From IMG/VR virus record IMGVR_UViG_3300042808_000075: a DNA stretch of 63,304 bases. One strand, written 5' to 3'. Origin of the DNA: an uncultured virus (IMG/VR IMGVR_UViG_3300042808_000075) (taxonomy: Duplodnaviria > Heunggongvirae > Uroviricota > Caudoviricetes). How positions within the stretch are numbered: position 1 is the first letter of the stretch; every line of letters begins with the position of its first letter. Below, piece after piece: positions 47,711-57,800 of the stretch. Made by a program: the position numbers and the translations under genes. Below the pieces are notes generated by a model. That model was not told the origin of the DNA and did not search any database. It saw nothing but the letters and a program-made list of their open reading frames with translations.

Positions 47711-49663
47711 ATGGCTATTGATTTTAATAATGTAATTAGTTTAACTGGTGATACATTGATTTTCATCGATGAATATAAACGTTTATGGGGAATGACAGGT
47801 GGTCTTTCTGGTCGTATGGGAAGAAATTTATCTGGTGGAAAAACAACGTTCTTAATTGCAGAAGATGTAAAAGAAGCTGTCGTTTTAAACGCAATTACAT
47901 TAATATTAAAAAACAACAATATTTTATACGGTGCAGGTAGCGGTTCTAATAAAGAATTACCATCTAATCCAAGCAGTAATTATTCTCAATTCTCACAAAT
48001 TGCAACTGATGTAAAAACTATATTGCCATGTTATAAAAATGGTCGTTTTGGCAATTCCACATTCTTTATTAAAAATGATAATAGTTTATGGCATTGTGGT
48101 TCTAATCCATTTGGTGAAGCTGGTAGAGCCATTCCTTCACCAAATGGAACAGGTGCGGCTTTAGCACAAGTAGCCGCAAATGTTGCTTTTTCTCACAGTA
48201 CAGATTATGCTTGTTATGTGGTTACTACTACAGGTGAATTATGGGCAGGTGGACTTAATTATTATGGTATTTTTGGTGATGCTACTAAATTATGTACTGA
48301 CCCTAATAGCTATTCATCTTATTATCGTGCTGTAGCCAAATTGACTTGGGCTGGTGGAACTATTACAAAAATGTGCGGTTATTCTCAAAATATGTATTTT
48401 CTAAATTCCGCTGGTACTTTATATGGTACAGGCTCTAATCAATATGGTCAATTAGGTGTTGCTACCAATGCTGGTACTACTACAGGTGTTAGTGCTTTTA
48501 CTCAAATAACTACAAATGTAAAAGATTTCTTTAATTATGGACAAAGATTATTTGTTTTGAAAAATGATAATACATTGTATGCATGTGGCAACAGTAAAGA
48601 TGGTGCATTATCTTATGGTGTAACCACTGCTGATACTAGCAATCCAACTTTAACCTTAATTGCAAGTGATGTTAAAGAGTTTCATTGTTATTTTGGAGTA
48701 GGATATATTCTTTATAATGATGGAACTTTATCGAGTTTTGGTAAATCTGTTGCACCTTTATTTGGTAGTGCAACCGTAAATACCATATTCCCGATTACTG
48801 TAATAGATACAAATGTAGATAGCTTCTTAAAAGATTGTTGCACACCACAACTACAAACACAAATCACTTATAAAAAGACAGATGGTAATTATTATATGAT
48901 TGGTAATTATGCTAATGTGTTTTGCAATATTACTGATACATCTACTATTACTCCAAAATCATTAGCGTTTCCAGATGCATCATTCTATGCAAATGTAAAT
49001 GGTCAATATAAAGTTTATGACTCTCAATCTGCTAGTTGGCAAGATTTTAATGGGGAATTAAACTTAATCAATGGGAATAAAACCATAACAGATTTTAATG
49101 CCAATTTTGGTTCTTTATGTGCAAATCCAAGTGATGTTGTATCTGTAGAAGTAAAATCTGTTAATTATGTCCCTAGTGTATATCAGAGAACATTGATGAA
49201 CCCAATATTGATCAGTTCCGATGTTGATTATGATGCCCATAACGCAATAGGATTAGATAAAAATAATTCATTTAAAGCAATAGTAAATGTAAGTTATGCT
49301 GTAACAAAAATATTAATTTCAAAAGATAAAGGTGTAACATGGTACGGTTATGATGGTACACAATTAACATTAATCAATGACATTAATGATATTAATGAAA
49401 TTCAAACAAAAGGATTAACTGCCGCAATATTACAAACCATAGCATTAGATGAAACATTTGTAAAATTTAGATTGGCATATTTGTTAGAAACACCAAATTA
49501 TAGTGCTGATTATTATATTACAGGTGTTAGTTTATTAATTGATACAAAAGAAAGCTGGAAAAGATTAACTCCAACAACAGATTATAATTATACCTTTGCA
49601 GAAAAATATGTTTTATTAAATGTAATGCAATCAGGAACAATTAAAGCAATCGCATATTATTAA
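47711..49663 (+). CDS. RCC1/BLIP-II repeat protein, probable receptor-binding fibre
   Basis: Repeated (K/N)ND.TL(Y/W)..G.N.YGQLG. Confidence 0.82.
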   Translation: MAIDFNNVISLTGDTLIFIDEYKRLWGMTGGLSGRMGRNLSGGKTTFLIAEDVKEAVVLNAITLILKNNNILYGAGSGSNKELPSNPSSNYSQFSQIATDVKTILPCYKNGRFGNSTFFIKNDNSLWHCGSNPFGEAGRAIPSPNGTGAALAQVAANVAFSHSTDYACYVVTTTGELWAGGLNYYGIFGDATKLCTDPNSYSSYYRAVAKLTWAGGTITKMCGYSQNMYFLNSAGTLYGTGSNQYGQLGVATNAGTTTGVSAFTQITTNVKDFFNYGQRLFVLKNDNTLYACGNSKDGALSYGVTTADTSNPTLTLIASDVKEFHCYFGVGYILYNDGTLSSFGKSVAPLFGSATVNTIFPITVIDTNVDSFLKDCCTPQLQTQITYKKTDGNYYMIGNYANVFCNITDTSTITPKSLAFPDASFYANVNGQYKVYDSQSASWQDFNGELNLINGNKTITDFNANFGSLCANPSDVVSVEVKSVNYVPSVYQRTLMNPILISSDVDYDAHNAIGLDKNNSFKAIVNVSYAVTKILISKDKGVTWYGYDGTQLTLINDINDINEIQTKGLTAAILQTIALDETFVKFRLAYLLETPNYSADYYITGVSLLIDTKESWKRLTPTTDYNYTFAEKYVLLNVMQSGTIKAIAYY

Positions 49664-49692
49664 AAAAGAAGGGGATATATCCCCTTCTTTTT
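49663..49692. terminator. bidirectional terminator between convergent genes
   Basis: AAAAAGAAGGGG/CCCCTTCTTTTT. Confidence 0.85.
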
Positions 49693-49993
49693 ATTCTTTA
49701 TTTTTTTGTGGATTAATGATTGCACTTAGATATTCATCGTTTTTATAATGTTCAATTTGTGTTTGAATCTGGTTATAAAACTCAACTATATTTTGTGCAT
49801 CTTCTTCTTTTGGAAATTTAATTGTTTTCTCTAATTCTTTATATAAACTAGGATATGTTTTAAATAAAGCATTTAAATTATCAAATAATGCATAGTAATA
49901 ATTTTTTAAATCATTGGTTGAATTTTGAATTCTATCTAAAATAATTCTTGCATCATTTAAATCATTATCTGCTGTTTTAGTCAATCTTTTCAT
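49691..49993 (-). CDS. hypothetical protein
   Basis: 100-aa ORF with SD AGGTG. Confidence 0.7.
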   Translation of the reverse strand: MKRLTKTADNDLNDARIILDRIQNSTNDLKNYYYALFDNLNALFKTYPSLYKELEKTIKFPKEEDAQNIVEFYNQIQTQIEHYKNDEYLSAIINPQKNKE

Positions 49994-50513
49994 TTATTTC
50001 ACCTATACCAATTGCAAATTTTAACGTTGTAAATTTATAAGCTAAAAAGTCAAGTACACTTTTCTTATAATCAATACCTAATTCTTCAAATTCTTTTATT
50101 ACTTCTGGAATACCTGCAAATAACTTTAAATATTCTTCCGTATTTTCTTTCAAATAACAATACAAATCTACTAATAATTCTTCAAATTTTTCTTTATCTT
50201 TTACTTTTTTATATTGTTTTTGATATTTATCCATTTCTTCTGTATCAATAATAGCTGACAAATCCCATTTAAATATTTTATTTAAATCATTATGTGTTTT
50301 TAATGCTTTATCTTTTAAAACATAAGGTAATATTTCATTGTTGAATTTAACATCATCATATTTTATAGTTGTTTTTAAAAAATTGGCAAATGTTTGTTTT
50401 AATTTTTCTTTTTCGTTTTCAGTTAATCCCATTGTTTGTTCTTTTTTTTGATAAATCGTTAATCTTTTTTCTATTTTCTCTAATTCTTTGATTAATTCTT
50501 GTTCGTTTTTCAA
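49977..50513 (-). CDS. hypothetical protein
   Basis: 178-aa ORF. Confidence 0.7.
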   Translation of the reverse strand: MKNEQELIKELEKIEKRLTIYQKKEQTMGLTENEKEKLKQTFANFLKTTIKYDDVKFNNEILPYVLKDKALKTHNDLNKIFKWDLSAIIDTEEMDKYQKQYKKVKDKEKFEELLVDLYCYLKENTEEYLKLFAGIPEVIKEFEELGIDYKKSVLDFLAYKFTTLKFAIGIGEINEKID

Positions 50514-50544
50514 GCCTTATTTTTCCCCTTTAATTAAAACAATT

Positions 50545-51081
50545 CTACAGCATCAATGCCGCTGTTAAAGCAAAGTACATTAATTCTAAAGCATAAAAAG
50601 TAATTTTCTTCCATATATTACTGGTTTTAAAAAGATGTTCTAACACTTCTTTATAATCTAATTTATCTGTTGTTGATTTTTCACAAAGGTTAACAACAAT
50701 TTCCATACTAAGTAAAATTAGTGGTATCCATGAACCAATTTTAAAAAACAAAACGACATACATTATATTTTTAAACAAATTAATAGGAACTATAAAAACA
50801 CCATATGGTACAATAAATGCCTTTGATTGTTCATAGAGTTTTGTTGTTTCTATTTCTTCTTGTTTACTTATGCAATTTCTTAATAATAATTGATAACTAT
50901 TAAGAAATCGCGCACTAATTATAGCCCTATATGTATATGTTTGTATTTTAGCAAACCAAAAAATCTTTATGCAACAAATTACAGTAGCAATTATTACGCA
51001 ATATAATAACAAAAATTTATTCCCTCCAATAAAAAACATTCGATTTATTTTATTATAACATAAAATCGAATGTTTTTTCAA
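50545..51081 (-). CDS. membrane protein
   Basis: Several hydrophobic helices; start uncertain. Confidence 0.6.
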   Translation of the reverse strand: MKKHSILCYNKINRMFFIGGNKFLLLYCVIIATVICCIKIFWFAKIQTYTYRAIISARFLNSYQLLLRNCISKQEEIETTKLYEQSKAFIVPYGVFIVPINLFKNIMYVVLFFKIGSWIPLILLSMEIVVNLCEKSTTDKLDYKEVLEHLFKTSNIWKKITFYALELMYFALTAALML

Positions 51082-51098
51082 TGTATCATTAAAAATAT

Positions 51099-51563
51099 TT
51101 AAGCTAAATTATTTTTGTTTTTCCAACCATTAAATATATTAGTAATATAAACTGTAAAACTTTTTAAAGGTGAACTATCAAAATCTTTAGTGTTTTCAAG
51201 AAAAGAAATAGAAAAATAATTTAATTGATTACTAGAATAAAAATTCAAATAAAATGAATCAAAATTATCTTTCAAATCCATTGCATGACGTAATTGATCA
51301 GGGAATTTAAGTTTTATTTCTAAATTGATATTTAATTGTATATTTTGTTTCATAAATTGTTCTATGGTTTTTTTAATGCTTTTAAAATCTGCATATTTTC
51401 TTGACTTTAAACCATCTAATACAACAGTGGTTATATTTAATTCTACACCATTTGATGCAGATAATCTACAAACAATAGTTTCCCAATTGTTTATTTCTGG
51501 TGTATTTAATAAAAAATCATACATGTTTTCAAAGTCTTCAAACTTAAATGTTATCATAGTCAT
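51099..51563 (-). CDS. hypothetical protein
   Basis: Coupled by ATGA overlap. Confidence 0.65.
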   Translation of the reverse strand: MTMITFKFEDFENMYDFLLNTPEINNWETIVCRLSASNGVELNITTVVLDGLKSRKYADFKSIKKTIEQFMKQNIQLNINLEIKLKFPDQLRHAMDLKDNFDSFYLNFYSSNQLNYFSISFLENTKDFDSSPLKSFTVYITNIFNGWKNKNNLA

Positions 51564-52258
51564 TCCTCATTAAATGTGTTAATAATATTATCATTACTAC
51601 CATATGAAACAGGCAATTCACCTTCTAGGATTCTTTGCTGACGGATTTGATATGCTTCATATTGTTTTTTGAATTCTGCGGCAAAGTAAAACTGTAATTC
51701 GCCATTTAAATTTAATTGTTTATCTAATTCTGTAACTACGTTCATTATTAGCTCTGTGAATCTTGTTACTTCATTAATGAAAAACTTTTCATCTACTCTG
51801 TTTTCTGTTTTTAAATCCCCGGTTAATTTATTTAATGTTTCTATTAAACCTTTAATAGAATTAATATATTGTATAATTGTTGAATGACTACGAGGTTCAT
51901 TTTCTACTTCTTCTATTTTATTTAATGCAAAATCTATTAAATGGGAAACAGCGTTAACTTTATTAATATGTATACTTTGACCACGTTTATAAGTATCCCT
52001 TGATTTTTCTATACGTGCTTTAGTTTCAGCCTTTGCCATTAATTTGCTATCTTTTACATTAAAATGTCGTGCTAAATGTCTTCTAATAGCTGATTCAGTT
52101 ATATCTTCTTCTTCTAAAATTTGACGTTCAGTAGCATCACGATTAGACCTTAAACGTTGCATAATTTTAGCAGGAGACAAACCTTCTATATGTAAATTTT
52201 CGATTATTTCTCTAAAATGAGAATTGCAAACTTTACAGCTTGCTACATATTCTGACAT
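51560..52258 (-). CDS. Zn-finger/HTH protein (terminase small subunit-like architecture possible)
   Basis: CKVC...AIRRHLARH followed by helical region. Confidence 0.6.
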   Translation of the reverse strand: MSEYVASCKVCNSHFREIIENLHIEGLSPAKIMQRLRSNRDATERQILEEEDITESAIRRHLARHFNVKDSKLMAKAETKARIEKSRDTYKRGQSIHINKVNAVSHLIDFALNKIEEVENEPRSHSTIIQYINSIKGLIETLNKLTGDLKTENRVDEKFFINEVTRFTELIMNVVTELDKQLNLNGELQFYFAAEFKKQYEAYQIRQQRILEGELPVSYGSNDNIINTFNEE

Positions 52259-52272
52259 ATTTTATCACCTTT

Positions 52273-52986
52273 TTAGTCTTTTGCTGTTTTTGGCGCACCA
52301 AATCTCCAAGTGATACCTGCACCATAAACAGTTGATTTATCTTCAAATTGTTTTCCAACCATCAATTTAATACTTGTATTTTTATTTGGAGAAATACCAA
52401 TTAAAATATTAGCAGATTTATTAGTAATAACAGGCCCAACCTCATAAGGTCTGTCATATACAATATTTGCTTGTTTGACAGGAACATATTCCTGTCCGTT
52501 TTTAGATATCTTTATTGTTGCTGATGGATTATTTCTATCAGTTAAAACATAAGTATCTCCTTTTGTTTTGTTAGGGTCTACATAACTAATAGTATATCCT
52601 TCATTTTTAAGTTTTTCTAATATAGCTTGGTTTTCTTTAGTATTGGCATTTAAATCAACAGGTACTCTAACAATTTGATCACTATCTTTTATTGGTTTTC
52701 TATTTGTTGAATAATTGTCTTCATTAGTTAAATCTTCCTTAACATCATATGCTAAGGATGGTTTCAATTTAAATCGATCTTTTAAATAATCAACAGTAAT
52801 TTGGTTTTGCGGTATTACAGCAGGTACACCTTTAAGACTATCAGTATCACCATTAATAAGCTTATTTGCACCATGAAAAATTAATGCACCGAAAATACCA
52901 CTTAAAATTATTACAAAAAATATCAATTTGTAATTTAATGTATATTTTTTTTCTATAAGTTTTTCCAGTGGTTGTTGTTCAAACAT
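52273..52986 (-). CDS. membrane-anchored protein
   Basis: Single N-terminal TM helix; beta-rich C-terminus. Confidence 0.7.
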   Translation of the reverse strand: MFEQQPLEKLIEKKYTLNYKLIFFVIILSGIFGALIFHGANKLINGDTDSLKGVPAVIPQNQITVDYLKDRFKLKPSLAYDVKEDLTNEDNYSTNRKPIKDSDQIVRVPVDLNANTKENQAILEKLKNEGYTISYVDPNKTKGDTYVLTDRNNPSATIKISKNGQEYVPVKQANIVYDRPYEVGPVITNKSANILIGISPNKNTSIKLMVGKQFEDKSTVYGAGITWRFGAPKTAKD

Positions 52987-52999
52987 TTTGTTTTACACC

Positions 53000-53329
53000 T
53001 CATTCTTTATAAATATTTAATCTAATCCATTCAGGTAAAATAAACTTTATTTTTAAAACATATTTTTCACCTTCATCTGCTGACATATGCAAATCAGTGT
53101 ATAACTGCATTGCCCTTGCATCCATTTCCTCAAATTTATCAAATGATTGCTTTTCATAAACAGGAGCATATTCCATATTAAAATAATGGTATGCCCATTC
53201 ATATTCTGACCATAATTCATCATTAGGAATATCACTTAATACTTTGATGCGATATATTTTTGCCCATTCGGGAGGTTTTCTTTTCATTAAATCAACATTT
53301 AAAATCGGACTCCATTTATCGTTATTCAT
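53000..53329 (-). CDS. hypothetical protein
   Basis: ORF with SD AAAGG. Confidence 0.7.
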   Translation of the reverse strand: MNNDKWSPILNVDLMKRKPPEWAKIYRIKVLSDIPNDELWSEYEWAYHYFNMEYAPVYEKQSFDKFEEMDARAMQLYTDLHMSADEGEKYVLKIKFILPEWIRLNIYKE

Positions 53330-53481
53330 ATTTCTACCTTTCGTTTATTTAAAAATATAATAAAATAAAGAATAAATTTGTATTTTTGAAAACTATTATA
53401 ATGTTTTAAAAAAACATATACAAAACAATGTCGATCATGTTACAATATCATAAAACACATTTGTAAAAAAAGAGGTAATAA

Positions 53482-53859
53482 ATGAAAATAAAACTGAAAC
53501 ATCGTTATAATAATTGGCGTTATAATATATATGAAACAGCATATAACCAAACGCAATATGATTATATTTTTAAACATTTGGATTTTGAAGAATTAGATAA
53601 AGATTTTTATATATATTTTAATAATAAACAAACAGAAACATTATTTCACAAAACATACAAAACTAATCATTGTCAGTTATATAACATATATGAAAATTCA
53701 CCTTTAGGATACGAATGGTTAAAAAATAATTGGGGTAAAAGTGTATTCTTCATTATATGTTATTATCCAGATAAAAAAGAATTAAAAACAATTATTAACA
53801 AAGTGATTAATATAGAATTATTAATATGGAATAAATTATATGAAAATAAAACTATTTGA
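53482..53859 (+). CDS. ~118-aa repeat-family protein (array 4, first gene)
   Basis: Family motifs; SD GAGGT. Confidence 0.85.
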   Translation: MKIKLKHRYNNWRYNIYETAYNQTQYDYIFKHLDFEELDKDFYIYFNNKQTETLFHKTYKTNHCQLYNIYENSPLGYEWLKNNWGKSVFFIICYYPDKKELKTIINKVINIELLIWNKLYENKTI

Positions 53860-54179
53860 AAACTCTTGATAATTCTTGGCGTTATTATATACATAGATGG
53901 GATTGTTCACAAAAACAATTTAACTATATATATAAATATTTAAATTTTGATAAATTAGATAAAGATGAATGGATACAATTTAACAATAAAGAAGTAGGAG
54001 AATGGTTTCGAAAAACATATGTAAATAATTATTGTTTAGAATATATATATGAAAATTCGCCTTTAGGGTATGAATGGTTAAAAAGCAATTGGGATAAAGG
54101 TGTTTTTGAAGTACCTATTTATTATTCAGATAAGCAAGAATTAAAAACAATAGTAAATAAAATAATTAATAAGAGGTAA
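53840..54179 (+). pseudogene. repeat-family copy with 1-nt frameshift near start (or TTG restart at 53856)
   Basis: ATG 53840 reads MKIKL; one extra T at ~53855 separates it from LKTLDNSWRY... Confidence 0.65.
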
Positions 54180-54184
54180 ATAAT

Positions 54185-54541
54185 ATGATAATTATAATAG
54201 ATAAAAACAAATCAAATCGTTGGTATAGTTTTTATATAAAGTCATTAATTTTTGATCAAAAAGAATATGATTATATTTTTAAATATTTGGATTTTAAAAA
54301 AATAAACAAAAGTGGCTTTGTACATTTTGATGATTACGAAATAGAAAAATGGTTTAGAAAAACACACATAAATAGTAATTGGTTAAATACTATACATAAC
54401 AATTCACCTTTAGGATATGAATATTTACAAAACAATTGGGGTAATGGTGTTTTTAAATTATATGTTTTTTATCCAGATAAAAAAGAATTAAAAACAGTAG
54501 TAAATAAAGTTATAAATATAGAATTAATAAGAGGTAAGTGA
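54185..54541 (+). CDS. ~118-aa repeat-family protein (array 4)
   Basis: Family motifs. Confidence 0.85.
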   Translation: MIIIIDKNKSNRWYSFYIKSLIFDQKEYDYIFKYLDFKKINKSGFVHFDDYEIEKWFRKTHINSNWLNTIHNNSPLGYEYLQNNWGNGVFKLYVFYPDKKELKTVVNKVINIELIRGK

Positions 54542-54885
54542 TGAAGAAAAAATTATACAAAACATATAATGATTATTGGTATTATAATATTTCATATTGT
54601 TTCCAAGAACAATATGATTATGTTTTTAAGTATTTAGATTTTGATAAATTATATAAAGGTTGGTTTATAGGTTTTAATAATGAAGAAATAGAAGAATGGT
54701 TTTATGAAACATATATAGAAGAAAATTGTTTAAAAGATATATACAATCGTTCACCAGAAGGGTATGGATGGTTAAAAAATAATTGGGGTAAAGGTATATT
54801 TGAATTATATATTTGGTATAAAAATAAACAAGAATTAAAGACTATAATTAATAAGATTATTAATATAGAATTAATAAGAGGTTAA
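54538..54885 (+). CDS. ~118-aa repeat-family protein (array 4)
   Basis: Family motifs. Confidence 0.85.
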   Translation: MMKKKLYKTYNDYWYYNISYCFQEQYDYVFKYLDFDKLYKGWFIGFNNEEIEEWFYETYIEENCLKDIYNRSPEGYGWLKNNWGKGIFELYIWYKNKQELKTIINKIINIELIRG

Positions 54886-54887
54886 TA

Positions 54888-55241
54888 ATGATAATTAAAT
54901 TAAAAAAAGATGATGGTTTTTGGTATTTTAAAATTAATGATAACAAATACACGCAAAAACAATTTGATTATGTATATAAATATTTAGATTTTGATAAATT
55001 AGACAAAATACACTTTATATATTTTAATAACAAAAAAACACAAGAATGGTTTCATAAAACATATATAGATAGTTATGCTTTAGATCAAATACACAATCAA
55101 TCACCAGAAGGTTATGCATGGTTAAATGAAAATTGGGGTAAAGGTGTTTTTAAATTATATATTTATTATTCAGATAAGCAAGAATTTAAAACAATAATAA
55201 ATAAGGTTATTAATATTGAATTAATAATAGGTAATAAATGA
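54888..55241 (+). CDS. ~118-aa repeat-family protein (array 4)
   Basis: Family motifs. Confidence 0.85.
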   Translation: MIIKLKKDDGFWYFKINDNKYTQKQFDYVYKYLDFDKLDKIHFIYFNNKKTQEWFHKTYIDSYALDQIHNQSPEGYAWLNENWGKGVFKLYIYYSDKQEFKTIINKVINIELIIGNK

Positions 55242-55603
55242 AAATAATAATCAGAAAAACATATAATAATTATTGTTATTATAGTTATGGCGCAAATGAA
55301 TGGTTTTATATCCAAGAACAATATGATTATAAATATAAATATTTATATTTTGATAAATTAGTAAAATGGGGTATACATTTTAATAATAAAAAAACAGAAG
55401 ATTGGTTTACAAAAACATATATAGATAATCGTTGGTTAGTTGAAATATATAATCGTTCACCAGAAGGGTATCTGTATTTAAAAGAACATTGGGGTAAAGG
55501 TGTATTTTGGTTATATGTTTGGTATCAAGATAAACAAGAATTAAAAATAGTGGTAAATAGAGTGATTAATGTAGAATTAAAAAGGATTAAAAATGAAAAT
55601 TAA
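55238..55603 (+). CDS. ~118-aa repeat-family protein (array 4)
   Basis: Family motifs. Confidence 0.85.
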   Translation: MKIIIRKTYNNYCYYSYGANEWFYIQEQYDYKYKYLYFDKLVKWGIHFNNKKTEDWFTKTYIDNRWLVEIYNRSPEGYLYLKEHWGKGVFWLYVWYQDKQELKIVVNRVINVELKRIKNEN

Positions 55604-55943
55604 AATAACACAACACAATAAATATTGGTTTTATAATATAAACGAATCATTATACACACAAGAACAATTTGATTATATTTTTAAATATTTGGATTTTGAA
55701 AAATTAGGAAAAGATTATTATATATTTTTTAATGATAAAAAAACAGAAGAATGGTTTAATAAAACATATATAAATAATATTATTTTAGAATTAATCTATC
55801 ATTATTCACCAAAAGGGTATGAATGGTTAAAAGATAATTGGGGTAATGGTGTTTTTAAAACAACTGTTTTTTATCCAGATAAACAAGAATTTAAAACTAT
55901 AGTAAATAAAATTATTAATGTACGTTTTTGTAGAAAAAATTAG
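55593..55943 (+). CDS. ~118-aa repeat-family protein (array 4)
   Basis: Family motifs. Confidence 0.85.
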   Translation: MKIKITQHNKYWFYNINESLYTQEQFDYIFKYLDFEKLGKDYYIFFNDKKTEEWFNKTYINNIILELIYHYSPKGYEWLKDNWGNGVFKTTVFYPDKQEFKTIVNKIINVRFCRKN

Positions 55944-55995
55944 GCAGTATGGGTATGTAAAAATAATTAATAAAATCATTATTTAAGAGGTAAAA

Positions 55996-56352
55996 ATGCA
56001 AATTAAAACAACACGATATAATGAGTATTGGTATTATAATATAATAAATGAAGATGAATACACACAGGAACAATATGATTACATTTTTAAATATTTAGAT
56101 TTTGATAAGTTAGATAGAGATAGTTTTGCTTTTTTTACTGATACAGAAACGGCAAAATGGTTTAAAGAAACACATATAAATAGTGATTGTTTAAATATTA
56201 TTTATAATAAATCACCAGAAGGGTATAAATGGTTAAAAAATAATTGGGGTAAAGGTTTTTTTTGGGTTGGATTAATTAATTCAATTGACAAGCAAGAATT
56301 AAAAATGATAGTAAATAAAGTTATTAATATAGAATTGATAAGGAGTAAATAA
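55996..56352 (+). CDS. ~118-aa repeat-family protein (array 4)
   Basis: Family motifs. Confidence 0.85.
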   Translation: MQIKTTRYNEYWYYNIINEDEYTQEQYDYIFKYLDFDKLDRDSFAFFTDTETAKWFKETHINSDCLNIIYNKSPEGYKWLKNNWGKGFFWVGLINSIDKQELKMIVNKVINIELIRSK

Positions 56353-56720
56353 TGAAAATTGAAATATGTAGAACAACACATTATTCTAGTTCTTGGCGAT
56401 ATTACCATTTACATGAAGGTGCTGAGTACCTTTGCCAAAAAGAATATGATTACATATTTAAAAGCTTGAAATTTGATGAATTAAATCTTCCTGACAGAAT
56501 AAGATTTATCGATACAATAATGAAAAATGAATTTTTTAACAAATATCAAATAACGCAAGATTCTTTTGGAAAAATTGATCATGAAGGAGAAGGATATGAA
56601 TGGTTAAAAAACAATTTTGGTAATGGCATTTTTAGAATTGCCATTTTTCATAAAAACAAACAAGAATTAAAAACTATTGTTAACAAAGTGGTTAATATGG
56701 AATTTAGAAGAGGTAAGTAA
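56352..56720 (+). CDS. ~118-aa repeat-family protein (array 4, divergent copy)
   Basis: EGYEWLKNNFG and KQELKTIVNK retained; middle divergent. Confidence 0.85.
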   Translation: MKIEICRTTHYSSSWRYYHLHEGAEYLCQKEYDYIFKSLKFDELNLPDRIRFIDTIMKNEFFNKYQITQDSFGKIDHEGEGYEWLKNNFGNGIFRIAIFHKNKQELKTIVNKVVNMEFRRGK

Positions 56721-57070
56721 TGAAAATTAAATTACATAATAATATAAATAATTATTGGTGCTATAAATTTATGTATGACTATACGCAAGAACAATTTGAT
56801 TATATATATAAGCACTTATGCTTTGATAAATTAGGCAAAAACATTGCTATACATTTTTGCAAACTAAAAACAGAAATATGGTTTTATGAATTATATATAA
56901 ATACTAATTATCTAAATAAAATATATGCAGAAAGTACAGAAGGTTATCAATATTTTAAAGAAAATTGGGGTAATGGTGTATTTAAATTATGGATTTATTA
57001 TATAGACAAGCAAGAATTAAAAACAATTGTTAATAAAAAAATAAATATAGATTTAATAAGGGAAAAATAA
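56720..57070 (+). CDS. ~118-aa repeat-family protein (array 4)
   Basis: Family motifs. Confidence 0.85.
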   Translation: MKIKLHNNINNYWCYKFMYDYTQEQFDYIYKHLCFDKLGKNIAIHFCKLKTEIWFYELYINTNYLNKIYAESTEGYQYFKENWGNGVFKLWIYYIDKQELKTIVNKKINIDLIREK

Positions 57071-57432
57071 TGAAAATCAAGATACAACAACAATGTTATC
57101 ATAAAAACTATAATTATACAAATATATCTGAAACACTATACACACAGGAACAATATGATTACATTTTTAAATATTTAGATTTTGACAAATTAGATAAAAA
57201 TTATTCTATACATTTTTACAAACTAGAAATAACAATATGGTTTTGTAAAACATATATAAGTAGTTGTTTTTTTAATGATATATATAAACATTCTCTCGAA
57301 GGATACGAATGGTTAAAACAAAATTTTGGGAAGAGTGTTTTTAAAATAAGAATTAATTATTCTGACAAACAAGAGTTAAAAACTATTATTAATAAAATAA
57401 TTAATATAAAATTGATAAGGAATAAACAATGA
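57070..57432 (+). CDS. ~118-aa repeat-family protein (array 4)
   Basis: Family motifs. Confidence 0.85.
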   Translation: MKIKIQQQCYHKNYNYTNISETLYTQEQYDYIFKYLDFDKLDKNYSIHFYKLEITIWFCKTYISSCFFNDIYKHSLEGYEWLKQNFGKSVFKIRINYSDKQELKTIINKIINIKLIRNKQ

Positions 57433-57800
57433 AAATTAAATTGAGAAATTACGAAAATCATTATTGGGATTATTATAATGTGAAAAAATATTACATTTAT
57501 AAACAAGAACAATATGAGTATATGCATAAATATTTAAATATGGACACATTATATAAAGGAAGATATATAATTTTTGCAAATGAAGAAATAGCAGAATGGT
57601 TTCATAAAACATATGGAGAATATTATTGGTTAGATGGTATATATAAAAATTCACCAGATGGTTATCAATGGTTGAAAAATCATTGGTGTAAAGGGATTTT
57701 TTGGTTTGGATTTATTCATTCAACTGACAAGCAAGAGTTAAAAACAATAGTTAATAAAGTAATTAATATAACTCTTAGGAGAAATAAGTGTGAAGATTAA
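57429..57800 (+). CDS. ~118-aa repeat-family protein (array 4)
   Basis: Family motifs. Confidence 0.85.
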   Translation: MKIKLRNYENHYWDYYNVKKYYIYKQEQYEYMHKYLNMDTLYKGRYIIFANEEIAEWFHKTYGEYYWLDGIYKNSPDGYQWLKNHWCKGIFWFGFIHSTDKQELKTIVNKVINITLRRNKCED

